64,000 bases of DNA from a virus (Duplodnaviria > Caudoviricetes), in IMG/VR virus record IMGVR_UViG_3300017780_003104, positions 64,001 through 128,000 of that record. One strand, written 5' to 3'. The position numbers were made by a program, and so were the translations under genes. Each line of letters opens with the position of its first letter. The first letter of the stretch is position 1. Of the stretch, positions 9,566 through 20,020 are shown piece by piece. The notes under the pieces were generated by a model, which was not told the origin of the DNA, ran no database searches, and saw nothing but the letters and a program-made list of their open reading frames with translations.

Positions 9566-10864
9566 TTAGTAAGCGAATATTGGTATTGCAAATCTACCCA
9601 CTTGTTGACCGGATCTAGTTGTAGTATTTCCTTCAAATGTGATAAATCCAGCAGAAGATAATGTTATAACAGATCCATTTGATGATAACGCAGTAAATTG
9701 AGTTATCATCACACCAGTTAGAGGTCCATTTATAGTATGTGATGGACTACCATTAAATAATGCAGATAATGAGTTACTAGAATTGAATGAACTTAATGCG
9801 GAGTTACCGGACAGTGTTCCATATATAGAAGATACTTGAGATGTTACTCTACCAAACGTATCTACTACAATTTGTGGTAGCTGATTAGTTCCAGAAGAAT
9901 TTAAGGTACTTAAGCTTATAACACCAGCATCAGTTTTAACTATAGTATTATTATCTACGTTAGTTAGTGTAGTAGAAATCGAAGATGTGGTGGTGCTGTA
10001 AGTTAAACCACTTCCAAACCACGATGAACTTAAATCAGTGAATCTTAGACTATATGGTAATGGAATATCAGTTTTTAAGCTTATAACACCAGCATCAGTC
10101 TTTATTATAGTAGCATTATCTACGTTAGTTAGTGTGGTCGATAATGAAGATGTTGTTAAACTATAAGTTAAACCACTTCCAAACCACGATGAACTTAAAT
10201 CAGAGAATCTTAGACTATATGGTAAGGGAGTATCAGTTTTCAATGATATAAAATTACCATTAAACTTTAAGAAATTTGTATCTAGATCTACATTTACTAT
10301 ACTTCCAGATCCACCACTCAATCCAAGTCCAAAAGAAGACGATAACATCTCAACTTCTGTTACACCACCAGCTGCTAATTTTAATTTATTAGTGCTTATA
10401 GTGAAATCACCAGTGTCGTAATTCAGTTGTAATATATCTGAGTCTATTTTAATCCCATTACTGATTGTAGTTGGATCTAAATATTTAGATTTTATGGATG
10501 ATAAATTTATTACCAATTGATTGTTTGCATCATAACTAAAAATCGAAGGATCTGCCGATAATCGACCTATAATGGTCCAAGAATTTATATTACTATAATC
10601 TGGAGATGTTAATTGATATAATGTACCTTCAACCGGAACGACATCTCCGATTTCAGATTTAATTGCCAACATCGAAGAGACGGTATATCCATATGGGAAT
10701 ATTTTACTCCCGGTGGGTTTACCACCAAGAGTGACTCCATCACCAACATAAAGTCTGGTAGTGTCCAGTGTGTGTGCTAACTCGCCTTGATCAAATACTA
10801 TTAATTTTCTTTGATCATCGGTGCCTCTTCTGGCTTTTATCTTCGATATTTTAATTTCTGGCAT
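9566..10864 (-). CDS. Tail fibre protein with Mtd_N/hyaluronidase-N-like domain
   Basis: ISKIKARRG...FDQGELAHTLDTTRLYVGDG..GG; 55-aa internal duplication. Confidence 0.7.
   Translation of the reverse strand: MPEIKISKIKARRGTDDQRKLIVFDQGELAHTLDTTRLYVGDGVTLGGKPTGSKIFPYGYTVSSMLAIKSEIGDVVPVEGTLYQLTSPDYSNINSWTIIGRLSADPSIFSYDANNQLVINLSSIKSKYLDPTTISNGIKIDSDILQLNYDTGDFTISTNKLKLAAGGVTEVEMLSSSFGLGLSGGSGSIVNVDLDTNFLKFNGNFISLKTDTPLPYSLRFSDLSSSWFGSGLTYSLTTSSLSTTLTNVDNATIIKTDAGVISLKTDIPLPYSLRFTDLSSSWFGSGLTYSTTTSSISTTLTNVDNNTIVKTDAGVISLSTLNSSGTNQLPQIVVDTFGRVTSQVSSIYGTLSGNSALSSFNSSNSLSALFNGSPSHTINGPLTGVMITQFTALSSNGSVITLSSAGFITFEGNTTTRSGQQVGRFAIPIFAY
9911..10240. repeat. 165-bp near-identical tandem duplication
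   Basis: AAGCTTATAACACCAGCATCAGT starts at 9912 and 10077; encodes SLKTD.PLPYSLRF.DLSSSWFGSGLTYS...VDN.TI.KTDAGVI twice. Confidence 0.9.
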
Positions 10865-10879
10865 ATTGAATATATCTAA

Positions 10880-11542
10880 TTACGCTGTTCTCTTCCAAAT
10901 ATATAGACCAAATGATGGTGGCATGTTATTATGTGCGCCACTACCACCAGCACTTGGTAACACTCCCATATATCTTCCATCCTTTGAATCGTCCGGTCCA
11001 TCGCTTCTAAATCTCGACTCAGTGGTTGGACTTGATTCATTACGATCATTGAACAAATAGAACTGTTCTCCATCTGAAGCTTTAAGACTATGAGTGTGTG
11101 ATGGCATTTCCGATTCGGAAAGGGTGTGTCTATATTCTCCAGAATTTTCCCCCCCGGCTATAGTTACACTAACCCCATTAGAATCAACTCCAGTGCCAAT
11201 CCCTGCGACAAACATCCCCTCACTTATACGAACCCATGTTCCACCCATCGAGTAACCGGGATTTAAATCAACCGCTGTGAAATACACAGTATGGACTGGA
11301 AAAAAACGATTTAAAAGTGTCGTATACTCAGCCTCTGTGTCTACATTTTCGATAACTAACGATCCCACTGTTAATTGTCCACAAATTCTAGCCCCATTAC
11401 AAGTTCTACCTAGACTGAAGGAACTTTCGTTGCCAAGACCATCATACATGGGGGTAAGCCCAGTTTCAGGTAAAGGTTGACCCCCTGAATGTAATAAACC
11501 ATCGAAGGTATCTGCGATATATGTATCTGATAAAGAACTCAT
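10880..11542 (-). CDS. Baseplate/short-fibre protein with gp10 C-terminal-like domain
   Basis: FFPVHTVYFT...NPG..GGTWVRISEG, HTLSESEMPSHTH, HNNMPPSFGLYIWKRTA. Confidence 0.75.
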   Translation of the reverse strand: MSSLSDTYIADTFDGLLHSGGQPLPETGLTPMYDGLGNESSFSLGRTCNGARICGQLTVGSLVIENVDTEAEYTTLLNRFFPVHTVYFTAVDLNPGYSMGGTWVRISEGMFVAGIGTGVDSNGVSVTIAGGENSGEYRHTLSESEMPSHTHSLKASDGEQFYLFNDRNESSPTTESRFRSDGPDDSKDGRYMGVLPSAGGSGAHNNMPPSFGLYIWKRTA

Positions 11543-11571
11543 TGTTTTTATTTAGTTTAAGAACTGTTTTT

Positions 11572-13362
11572 TCAAGTTAATGGGATTGTTTTAGATTGTA
11601 AATTCGTAACAGATTGTGTTATTCTCTGAATTGCTGTGACATTAAAAGTTTCATTTCCATTAATATAAAAATCCTTAACATTATAATCCAAATCTGTGAT
11701 AGGTATTGTGGATACTTTAAATTCTTCAAATTTGAAAGACCCAGATGATTTATTGAAAATATTTAAAGTATCTTTCGTGTTATTTATAATAATTGTATTA
11801 AAATACACCCCCAGTGAACTATTACAGCATTTAACTGGATTTGTATATTTTATCAAGTCAATTGGAATATTTGTCATATATCTTTCAGATAATGGTTGGT
11901 GTAAAGTATATAATCTACCTATATTATGATGCAACATATACATTTTTCCATTTTTTACAGTTTCACAACTAATGATATTGTTGTAAGTATTCGACTCATG
12001 AATAGTAGATCCAAATATTATAGATGTTTGACTAAACTTTTCAAAGGCTTCATTCCATTTAAATGCGTCATGATATAACAATCTACCATTCTCCAGTCTT
12101 CCATATGGATATGATGGATGTGTTAAATATCTAGCTTGATATTCTTTACTATTATAAATATAAAAAATATTAGAATCTATTTCTGAAAATTTTATAACAT
12201 ACCAAGGCATATCCAACGATATACTTTCAAGGAGTGTATTTATTGGTGTATTATCACTTATGTTTTCAACATCTAATACCATTATATATAATTTATCAGA
12301 TATTTTATTTAATATTAAAATATTATCATCAACTGGATTGATGGATAACTCTAATATTTCCCCCACATCAAATAATGACAGATCTATGGTTTTATAAACT
12401 GTTGATGAGTATTTGACTATGATAGATAAGATACTTCCGTTAAGTGATGTTCTTATATTTTTTCCAAATTTTATAAATTTAGGATTATTATCATTGACTA
12501 TTGTATATCTATCGCCCCATTTTGCAGTAGTCCCCGAAAATTTAAAATTAACATTATTCCAAAAATATTCAGTCGTATCGGTTGGTATTAATTTTATTTT
12601 ATCTATTAATGGTAGATTATCACAATCATAAAAATTGGAAGAGTCATATATTTCTATAAAATCATCATTCACAAACACAACTTTGGAGTCTTCAACATCA
12701 TGATATATAGAATGTGTATAGTCGGGGGTTGTTGTGAAGTCTGGGTGTAGATATTTTGGATATCCATCCAAAATAGTTATTGGAGTGTCACCAATAAAAT
12801 CCCCTTTAATTATATAATTAACAAGACCTGTTGAGCATATATATTTAAATTTACCATCTCCATCCACTACAAATTCCCCAGATTTAATTCTATCTAGGAA
12901 TTCCCATTTTGTTGTATATGAAAATGGGATACTATCTGTTAATTGTGTATTAGTGTGTAAAGTCTCTAAGTCTACATCAGTGTCGGAAAATCCATAGAAA
13001 TGATTATTATTCCTCTCCATATTATAGAGATATGGATTTCCCATAATACCACCCCCAAACATTTTTAAATTATTATATTCTATAGATGTTGATAATCTAT
13101 CTATTTCTTGTTTGTTGATCAAATCAAAAACATTAGAGTAGTATGGGATTGTTTTGTTTATATTTTTATAAACATTATCTAGTTCTAATTTATTTGAGTA
13201 TACATCGGATAGTAATGTATGCTTTTTTACCAAAGGTTCCGATTTAATTGATGATAATTTCCCAGTAAACACGTTTTCATTTTCAACACTAAAAAACCCA
13301 TGATAATCGGTATCATTTAATGTAAAACTCTCACCAGATGTGTATTTATAGTATGATTTCAT
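11572..13362 (-). CDS. Putative virion structural protein
   Basis: 596-aa ORF in structural operon; no motif recognised. Confidence 0.5.
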   Translation of the reverse strand: MKSYYKYTSGESFTLNDTDYHGFFSVENENVFTGKLSSIKSEPLVKKHTLLSDVYSNKLELDNVYKNINKTIPYYSNVFDLINKQEIDRLSTSIEYNNLKMFGGGIMGNPYLYNMERNNNHFYGFSDTDVDLETLHTNTQLTDSIPFSYTTKWEFLDRIKSGEFVVDGDGKFKYICSTGLVNYIIKGDFIGDTPITILDGYPKYLHPDFTTTPDYTHSIYHDVEDSKVVFVNDDFIEIYDSSNFYDCDNLPLIDKIKLIPTDTTEYFWNNVNFKFSGTTAKWGDRYTIVNDNNPKFIKFGKNIRTSLNGSILSIIVKYSSTVYKTIDLSLFDVGEILELSINPVDDNILILNKISDKLYIMVLDVENISDNTPINTLLESISLDMPWYVIKFSEIDSNIFYIYNSKEYQARYLTHPSYPYGRLENGRLLYHDAFKWNEAFEKFSQTSIIFGSTIHESNTYNNIISCETVKNGKMYMLHHNIGRLYTLHQPLSERYMTNIPIDLIKYTNPVKCCNSSLGVYFNTIIINNTKDTLNIFNKSSGSFKFEEFKVSTIPITDLDYNVKDFYINGNETFNVTAIQRITQSVTNLQSKTIPLT

Positions 13363-15635
13363 TTATAATTTTCGAAAGTTACGGTATTTATGATAGTCGT
13401 TGATGGGAGAAATGATGCTTCATCATTTCTTATATGTTGTTCGATATTATTTTTCATATCGGGTGTTGCATTATATAGATTCTTCAATACTATATTTATA
13501 CTATTCGTTTTGAAGGTGGAATTACTACATATTTGTTGAATCGACTCAACATTATCAGTGCTATTTCTAGTACCAGATGGTAGAGTTAGGTATAATGCAT
13601 CAACTTTCGTATTACCGTTTAAAATTGGATATATTGCAGTCGCATCCAATGGAATATATGTATTCTTTAATACAATATTATCAAATCCGTCTGGTGTGTA
13701 TAATGTGATATTAATCGGTTTATCATCATTTTTATAATAATAGAAATCTCCATATAATATATTTTTATTTATATACTTATATGGCGTAACAGTGAATGTA
13801 TATATTAATGTAGTGTTTAAGTATACATACCCAATTCCATTATAACCATCAAATGAAATTGATATAAAATTAGTTTTTAGGGATTTTATAGATGCCGTAG
13901 TTGTGAATGTATCTATTTGTAAATCTGGATATAATGGATCGAATATAATATATTCAAATGATAATAACTCTCCATTTTTAATTATAGTTACACCACATGG
14001 TATTTCATTTCTATTACTTTGGACTTTCCATGATGTGTCATCTCCTTCAAAATAGAAAGATAGTGTGAATTTACTAGTATCATTAATTGATTCGAAAAAA
14101 TTACTAGGATATGTTAATTCATCCTCGGTCCTACAAATAGTATTTGGTATATTTGTTACGGAATTTTCAGATATTCTTTGATATTTATATTTTCTATTTG
14201 GTGAAAATGCTAAATCACTTCGTTTATCAAAAAATTTAGTTTGTGTTATACTGGATGAAATTCCTAAATTTCCATCTATTATAGATTCGATATAAGAATC
14301 TAATGGAGATTTAATATACATCGAGTATGCTTGCATAGCTTCTTCTTTTTCTATTAGATCTGGATAATAATATCTATCAACCCATGATATCTCTTTAGTA
14401 TCTGGATTTCTATATAGCCAAGTGCATAATAAGTGTTGATTATTATTTAAATGTGTTGAATTTTCATCTAATTTATATATTTTATCGGCATATTCTGGTG
14501 TATAATATGGGAATGCGCCAGCTTCTATAAATTTACAATCATTTATATTTATTTTAGAAAATGGATACATATTAGATGGAGTTTCAATTATATTATCACC
14601 TTCAAATATTTTATATGTTTGATTTGCGAAAGAATAATTCAATTCTAATTCATCGGATGCTTCCTTTTTAATATTTTGAAATATTGAAGTATAGTTTCTA
14701 AAGTTATCCACAAATGTAGTGTAAGTATTTCCAGATAATAATATATTTGAATTTGAAAAAGTGTCCAATGGAGTTAATTGATTTTTCAATACTATAATAT
14801 CAGTTAAATAACTATCATCTGAGTATTTCCTATGTAATAGATAGTTATTCTTTAGGTTAAATTCACTTTTATCTACATCGATGGTGTTATTATTATTATA
14901 TGTTATAAATGATGTATTGAGTAATGTATCTGGTGTCGTATATACATTTCTAGAGATTTGAAATGGATTTGAAATATAATCACTAGTATTTGAGACTAAT
15001 ATTAGTGTTGAATTATTTTTAATTAACGTGTAATTGCCTATGTTAGTCGATTTAAAAAATAATATTTTATTAGATGATTCAGAAAATAAATATGTGAAAT
15101 CTTGTGGATTTATATATTCTTCATCGAAAGATAATTTAAATTCATTTATGAAAATTATCTTGTTATCAATGTCGGAAGCCAAGTAATATGTAATATTATT
15201 TGAGGATTTATAGTATATTCTACATTTATTATCATCTAATAATTCTATATTAAATTTTATATCAGATGGGGTATTGGTGAAAATGGGTACCCCATAATTT
15301 TTAGAATCTCTAATATCCCCCTTTAATACATATGGAGTGATATCAATTTTGGAAAAATTTAAATAATAATTACCAATTATTATATCTGTGATTATATTTG
15401 TCGCTTTAAATCTTTCGGATAAAAGAGGAAATATATCGGAGAATAGGTAATTATTAGTTAGATAGAAATTACTATAGTTATTAACTTTAAAATCCTTTGA
15501 ATTGGATAAACATAATGGGAAATTCAAAGTGTAGTTTCCAAAATTTCTCTCAAATTGTAAAAAGTTAACGCCATCCACCGTAGATTGTAAAGTGGGTGAT
15601 GTTAATGCGGATAATGGATATTCTACGGAAGTCAC
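13359..15635 (-). CDS. Putative virion structural protein (possible LamG-like C-terminal half)
   Basis: 758 aa; GTG start with TAAATA-N5; beta-rich C-terminus (FTLSFYF...FISISFDG...VYLN). Confidence 0.5.
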   Translation of the reverse strand: MTSVEYPLSALTSPTLQSTVDGVNFLQFERNFGNYTLNFPLCLSNSKDFKVNNYSNFYLTNNYLFSDIFPLLSERFKATNIITDIIIGNYYLNFSKIDITPYVLKGDIRDSKNYGVPIFTNTPSDIKFNIELLDDNKCRIYYKSSNNITYYLASDIDNKIIFINEFKLSFDEEYINPQDFTYLFSESSNKILFFKSTNIGNYTLIKNNSTLILVSNTSDYISNPFQISRNVYTTPDTLLNTSFITYNNNNTIDVDKSEFNLKNNYLLHRKYSDDSYLTDIIVLKNQLTPLDTFSNSNILLSGNTYTTFVDNFRNYTSIFQNIKKEASDELELNYSFANQTYKIFEGDNIIETPSNMYPFSKININDCKFIEAGAFPYYTPEYADKIYKLDENSTHLNNNQHLLCTWLYRNPDTKEISWVDRYYYPDLIEKEEAMQAYSMYIKSPLDSYIESIIDGNLGISSSITQTKFFDKRSDLAFSPNRKYKYQRISENSVTNIPNTICRTEDELTYPSNFFESINDTSKFTLSFYFEGDDTSWKVQSNRNEIPCGVTIIKNGELLSFEYIIFDPLYPDLQIDTFTTTASIKSLKTNFISISFDGYNGIGYVYLNTTLIYTFTVTPYKYINKNILYGDFYYYKNDDKPINITLYTPDGFDNIVLKNTYIPLDATAIYPILNGNTKVDALYLTLPSGTRNSTDNVESIQQICSNSTFKTNSINIVLKNLYNATPDMKNNIEQHIRNDEASFLPSTTIINTVTFENYK

Positions 15636-15643
15636 AATATTAT

Positions 15644-16147
15644 TTAATTACCACTACGAAGTTCCAAGATTGTATTATCTACAAATGTTGATAATTGGTA
15701 TTCTTTTGGGTTCCCTTCCATTGGTAATATGTTGACATTATTCAATTGTAAATCACCAATGGACTCAAAGAAGTCATAAGTTCTAACTGATACTGGTAGT
15801 TTAAACCAAGAATAATCACCATTTGAATAACTTATATATAATTGCACATATAAATTTTTATATAATGATGTAGACGATGGATATATTTTTGTAGAATATA
15901 TTGTATTTAATACTGTATTATTATTCGCTATATTCACATTACTTGCTGTAGTCGTTGTATATACATCATTATCATAAAGTATTGGTAAACCATCTCCCCA
16001 ATCTATTTTGATAAAAATCGGAATTATATTAGAATATATACCTGAAATGTTCAATGATAATTCAGTGAAATCATCTAAATCTATTTGAGGTAGAGTTTGA
16101 ATAATATTCGAAGATGCCGAGGATATCGATACGGTGTAAGTATTCAT
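15644..16147 (-). CDS. Putative structural protein, PKD/Ig-like
   Basis: IKIDWGDG motif typical of PKD-like domains. Confidence 0.5.
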   Translation of the reverse strand: MNTYTVSISSASSNIIQTLPQIDLDDFTELSLNISGIYSNIIPIFIKIDWGDGLPILYDNDVYTTTTASNVNIANNNTVLNTIYSTKIYPSSTSLYKNLYVQLYISYSNGDYSWFKLPVSVRTYDFFESIGDLQLNNVNILPMEGNPKEYQLSTFVDNTILELRSGN

Positions 16148-18846
16148 AAAATTAATTCAGTATCTAAATAAGAAACCGATTGAGATAGAGTGGATTTTAT
16201 ATTTATTGGTATAATATTATCAAATATTGAGGTGAATGATACACCTCCGAAATTATAACTTTTTTTAGTGATGAATGTTGGATCTGGTGCTAGGTAATAA
16301 TCTAGAGTATGTAGTTGTGCTACAAAGTTTTGATCTTTCAATAAGTATGATATGCTATATACATCATTTTTACTATTATGAGTTAAGATAACATCTGATG
16401 CAGTTATATACCTAATATCCCCACCCGATACACCGAAAAAGTCAGTGATATTTTCGGGTGTTCTGGTATATATTATATTATTTGATAAATTTGCTGGATT
16501 GAATTTATAAATAATTGGGTATACATAGAAGTCGGTTGGGCTTTGTCCGGGAATGTATGCAATTTTGCAATAGGTTATTATATTATCAACCTTTAATCTA
16601 TTTGATATATGATCGAAGTCATTTTGATTATGTGTTATATAATTTAAACTGGTTTTTGGGTCTGCGTATACACCATTGCTATATATGATTTTATCAAATG
16701 TTAGATAATTATCAGTTTCGATCATCAGAATATCATTCACTATTTCAAATCGATTGATCGAAGTTTCCAATTCTGATTTTATATATTCTGAATATCTAGA
16801 ATTTAAAAATTCTAGAGAATCTAATAATGGTGCTATAGTTCTAGTTGTATTATTTCTAATCATCAGAACACTACCTTCTTGAAATTTCTCTAATGGTGAT
16901 AACTCAGTATATTCGACAAAACTATCATCATATGCATATTCTGAATAATAATCAACTGATGTATCGAATGGAACTCCAAATTTTTCACCATCTACATAAT
17001 TAATAATATCTCTATCATAATCAATAAAGGTTGCAGATAGTTGTGGGTATAGTGGATCTAATAATGCACGTTGGGTAGTGTTATATATACCACCTTCTAT
17101 TAAATCAGTATAGTAGAAGGTTCCAACAGACATTTCAAAAGCAGATAAATCCGAGGATATCGCATCTGGATATATATCATTGGTAGGGGTTGTTATAAAC
17201 CCACCTTCTAGTATTTCATATATCGTAACTAATTCATCAGATGTTGGGGTAATTGGTTGTGGATATTGTATAAATTCCGCTCCAGCAAAACTACCAAACT
17301 TTCCAAAAAATAAAGTATCAGTGGCAATAGATGATAGATTATACCCACTTACGGTAACACCAGTTCTTACAATTTCCGAATATGTGGAATAGTCCTCAAT
17401 ATCATAGTCAAACGAAAACCCACTATTATATAGATCATCATAAAATTTATATCCATCGAATATGATATTGGATTTTATTGTTGAAGATATATCGACATTG
17501 ATTGATTCCGGGGAATATATAACACCATGATCATCACTGTTTTTAAATAACCCATAGAGATTTCCATATACATCACATTTAGAATCTGAGATAATTCCGA
17601 AGTTACTCATACTATCTAAATATTTGTTATAATTTAAATCAATTTTAGATACATATCCGTAATATTTTGAATCATATTCGGATGTGGTAGGTTCATTTAT
17701 AGCATTTCCTGAAGAGGCATTCTTCTTCAGGTATGCATCATCGACATTGAATATTAGAACATCGCCATTAACTCCAATTATACTTGGATCTGGGAAGAAA
17801 TATAGAGAATTTGGTAGTAGATTATCGTAATTAAACTCAAAATTCTTTTGCAGCCCATCTAAAACGACAATTGATACTTTAGATGGTCTAAAAAATCCAT
17901 GATCTCTATGAGTTGTAAAATATTCGGTCTGTCCAGTAGATGCTGTTGTTGGATGATATCTATTTACAAAATTTAGAATCCCATTATCAACTTCAAATAA
18001 TTTACCAGATAATATATCAGTGACGGATGATCCGGTTGAAAGGAAATAATAATCAGTATATAGATATTTTTCTGTTAGTTTTCTCTTATTTTCAAATAAA
18101 AGATCAACTTCTTTAATACTCTTTAAAGTATCTGAAAATCCTGAAAATACATCTTCTATAAGATCAACATCATCTCTCAAGAAAATATTAAGTCCGTAGT
18201 CTAAATCTTTATTATCATTGATTGTATCATTTGATGGTTGATCGAAATATGTTGGATATGTGTCATATAATTCATCAATATCGACTGAGAATTTTGTCAA
18301 TACCTCGTCAAAATCGATCAACATTTTACTATCATCTAATGTTTTTAGGTATGCTAGTGATAGATCGTAAATTGTTTTAATCGACCCATAATTTGATCCA
18401 ATAAGTTTATTTCTAATATTACTAAATTTTATAGTAGATCTTCGTTCATTATAATAAGAACATAAATCAATCAACTTTTTACTATAAAACCCTAATATCA
18501 CATCCAGATCGAGGGGATCATTAAAATCTACATTGCTTAAGAATTTCTTTTCTTCTAGAGTAGAATATTGAATAATTATATCTTGTATAAATTCTCTATA
18601 TTTTTCAATTATTAAATCTTGCTCATTTACTTTTTTAGATAGATTTAAAGAATTCCAACTCTTCACATATGTATTGTAATAGTTTTGGAGGGTATCTGGA
18701 TCGAAGGATACAATTATCAATTTTATAAATTGTAAAAATGACATTGGAGATGCAACATCTAAAGCATTATGTCGATCAACACTAGGATTAGTTATTGATT
18801 TCGGAACATCTGGGAATCCTAATTGTAATGATAGTGACAATGCCAT
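16144..18846 (-). CDS. Large putative baseplate/virion protein
   Basis: 900 aa, first gene of the minus-strand structural operon; TAAATA-N7-ATG. Confidence 0.5.
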   Translation of the reverse strand: MALSLSLQLGFPDVPKSITNPSVDRHNALDVASPMSFLQFIKLIIVSFDPDTLQNYYNTYVKSWNSLNLSKKVNEQDLIIEKYREFIQDIIIQYSTLEEKKFLSNVDFNDPLDLDVILGFYSKKLIDLCSYYNERRSTIKFSNIRNKLIGSNYGSIKTIYDLSLAYLKTLDDSKMLIDFDEVLTKFSVDIDELYDTYPTYFDQPSNDTINDNKDLDYGLNIFLRDDVDLIEDVFSGFSDTLKSIKEVDLLFENKRKLTEKYLYTDYYFLSTGSSVTDILSGKLFEVDNGILNFVNRYHPTTASTGQTEYFTTHRDHGFFRPSKVSIVVLDGLQKNFEFNYDNLLPNSLYFFPDPSIIGVNGDVLIFNVDDAYLKKNASSGNAINEPTTSEYDSKYYGYVSKIDLNYNKYLDSMSNFGIISDSKCDVYGNLYGLFKNSDDHGVIYSPESINVDISSTIKSNIIFDGYKFYDDLYNSGFSFDYDIEDYSTYSEIVRTGVTVSGYNLSSIATDTLFFGKFGSFAGAEFIQYPQPITPTSDELVTIYEILEGGFITTPTNDIYPDAISSDLSAFEMSVGTFYYTDLIEGGIYNTTQRALLDPLYPQLSATFIDYDRDIINYVDGEKFGVPFDTSVDYYSEYAYDDSFVEYTELSPLEKFQEGSVLMIRNNTTRTIAPLLDSLEFLNSRYSEYIKSELETSINRFEIVNDILMIETDNYLTFDKIIYSNGVYADPKTSLNYITHNQNDFDHISNRLKVDNIITYCKIAYIPGQSPTDFYVYPIIYKFNPANLSNNIIYTRTPENITDFFGVSGGDIRYITASDVILTHNSKNDVYSISYLLKDQNFVAQLHTLDYYLAPDPTFITKKSYNFGGVSFTSIFDNIIPINIKSTLSQSVSYLDTELIL

Positions 18847-18933
18847 TTGATATTATTTATATCAAAGATCTGAATATCGTTTGGATATGAAATTATTTAG
18901 TTGAAAAACAACAATTTGGAGTAAATACGATAA

Positions 18934-19146
18934 ATGAATACTAAATTGTTTAAAAAGCTAAGGGATAAAGAGGAAAAATTATTAGACATCATCTATGAAA
19001 TTCAAGAATTACTGGATTCAACTGAAGATGAAGAGCTTTCTTCAATGGGGGTCGAATTTTGTGAAATAATGGTCGACTTCATACATTCCAATGATACAGT
19101 ATCTTTAAATGACATCAAAGAATTCATCGAAGAAAATATATCGTAA
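18934..19146 (+). CDS. Small acidic hypothetical protein
   Basis: 70-aa ORF; TAAATA-N6-ATG. Confidence 0.65.
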   Translation: MNTKLFKKLRDKEEKLLDIIYEIQELLDSTEDEELSSMGVEFCEIMVDFIHSNDTVSLNDIKEFIEENIS

Positions 19147-20020
19147 TATTTTAATATTAGGTAAGGGATATATAGGTGCTGAATTGGCTAACTTTTTATC
19201 AAAAGTCCAAGATATTAAAATATTCCATATTTCTAGGTCTGATATAGATTATCATAATATCGATATTATGAGAAAGTATATATTAAACAATGAAATCAGA
19301 TATGCAATAAATTGTTCGGGCTTTACTGGTAGACCTAATGTTGATGAAGGGGAAATTAAATCTGAAGAATGCTGGAATTTAAATGTGGTAGTCCCATTAA
19401 GACTCTCCATATTAATGGAGTCTATGGGTGTTAAATATACTCATATTAGCAGTGGCTGTATATATACTGGATATGAAAGGATTTATACGGAGACAGACGC
19501 TCCAAATTTTGGAATGTTTGATATCAGTAGCTTTTATAGTAAAAGTAAACACGCATTCGAAACCTTAGTTAAGGATATCAATATCAAAATATTAAGAATT
19601 AGAATGCCCATATGCTACAATTTAAATAATCCTAGAAATTATCTAAAGAAAATAATGGAATATCCAAATTTGATCGATTATAGAAATTCTAAAACTCTTA
19701 TACCTGAATTATGTATGTTCATTCAATCATTATTGACTGACCAAAAAACTGAGTGGTATAATGGATGTGACATTTACAATGTTGTCAATCCAGATCCATT
19801 GACAACTATGGAGGTTGTGGACCATTTAAATTATATGAACGAGGAAAATTGGAAGATGTTGAATCCTAATTGGGTAAAGATTGAAGATTTATCTATAGTG
19901 GCTCCTAGAAGTAACTGTATATTAGATAATACGAAAGCTGATAACATATTCAAACTTAGTCCAGAGAAAATAGCAATGAATAAAGTCTGCAACTATAACA
20001 ACGGGATTCAGGGAATATGA
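19109..20020 (+). CDS. NDP-4-keto-6-deoxyglucose reductase (RmlD-like; resembles bifunctional 3,5-epimerase/4-reductase)
   Basis: Rossmann GKGYIG, NCSGFTGRPNVDEGE, HISSGCIY and catalytic YSKSK motifs. Confidence 0.8.
   Translation: MTSKNSSKKIYRNILILGKGYIGAELANFLSKVQDIKIFHISRSDIDYHNIDIMRKYILNNEIRYAINCSGFTGRPNVDEGEIKSEECWNLNVVVPLRLSILMESMGVKYTHISSGCIYTGYERIYTETDAPNFGMFDISSFYSKSKHAFETLVKDINIKILRIRMPICYNLNNPRNYLKKIMEYPNLIDYRNSKTLIPELCMFIQSLLTDQKTEWYNGCDIYNVVNPDPLTTMEVVDHLNYMNEENWKMLNPNWVKIEDLSIVAPRSNCILDNTKADNIFKLSPEKIAMNKVCNYNNGIQGI

Noticed and set aside
8474-10864. Diversity-generating retroelement suggested by Mtd_N-like domains and repeats
   Set aside because: No reverse transcriptase or avd in the window. 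The repeats are tandem and in-frame, and their differences are not adenine-specific.
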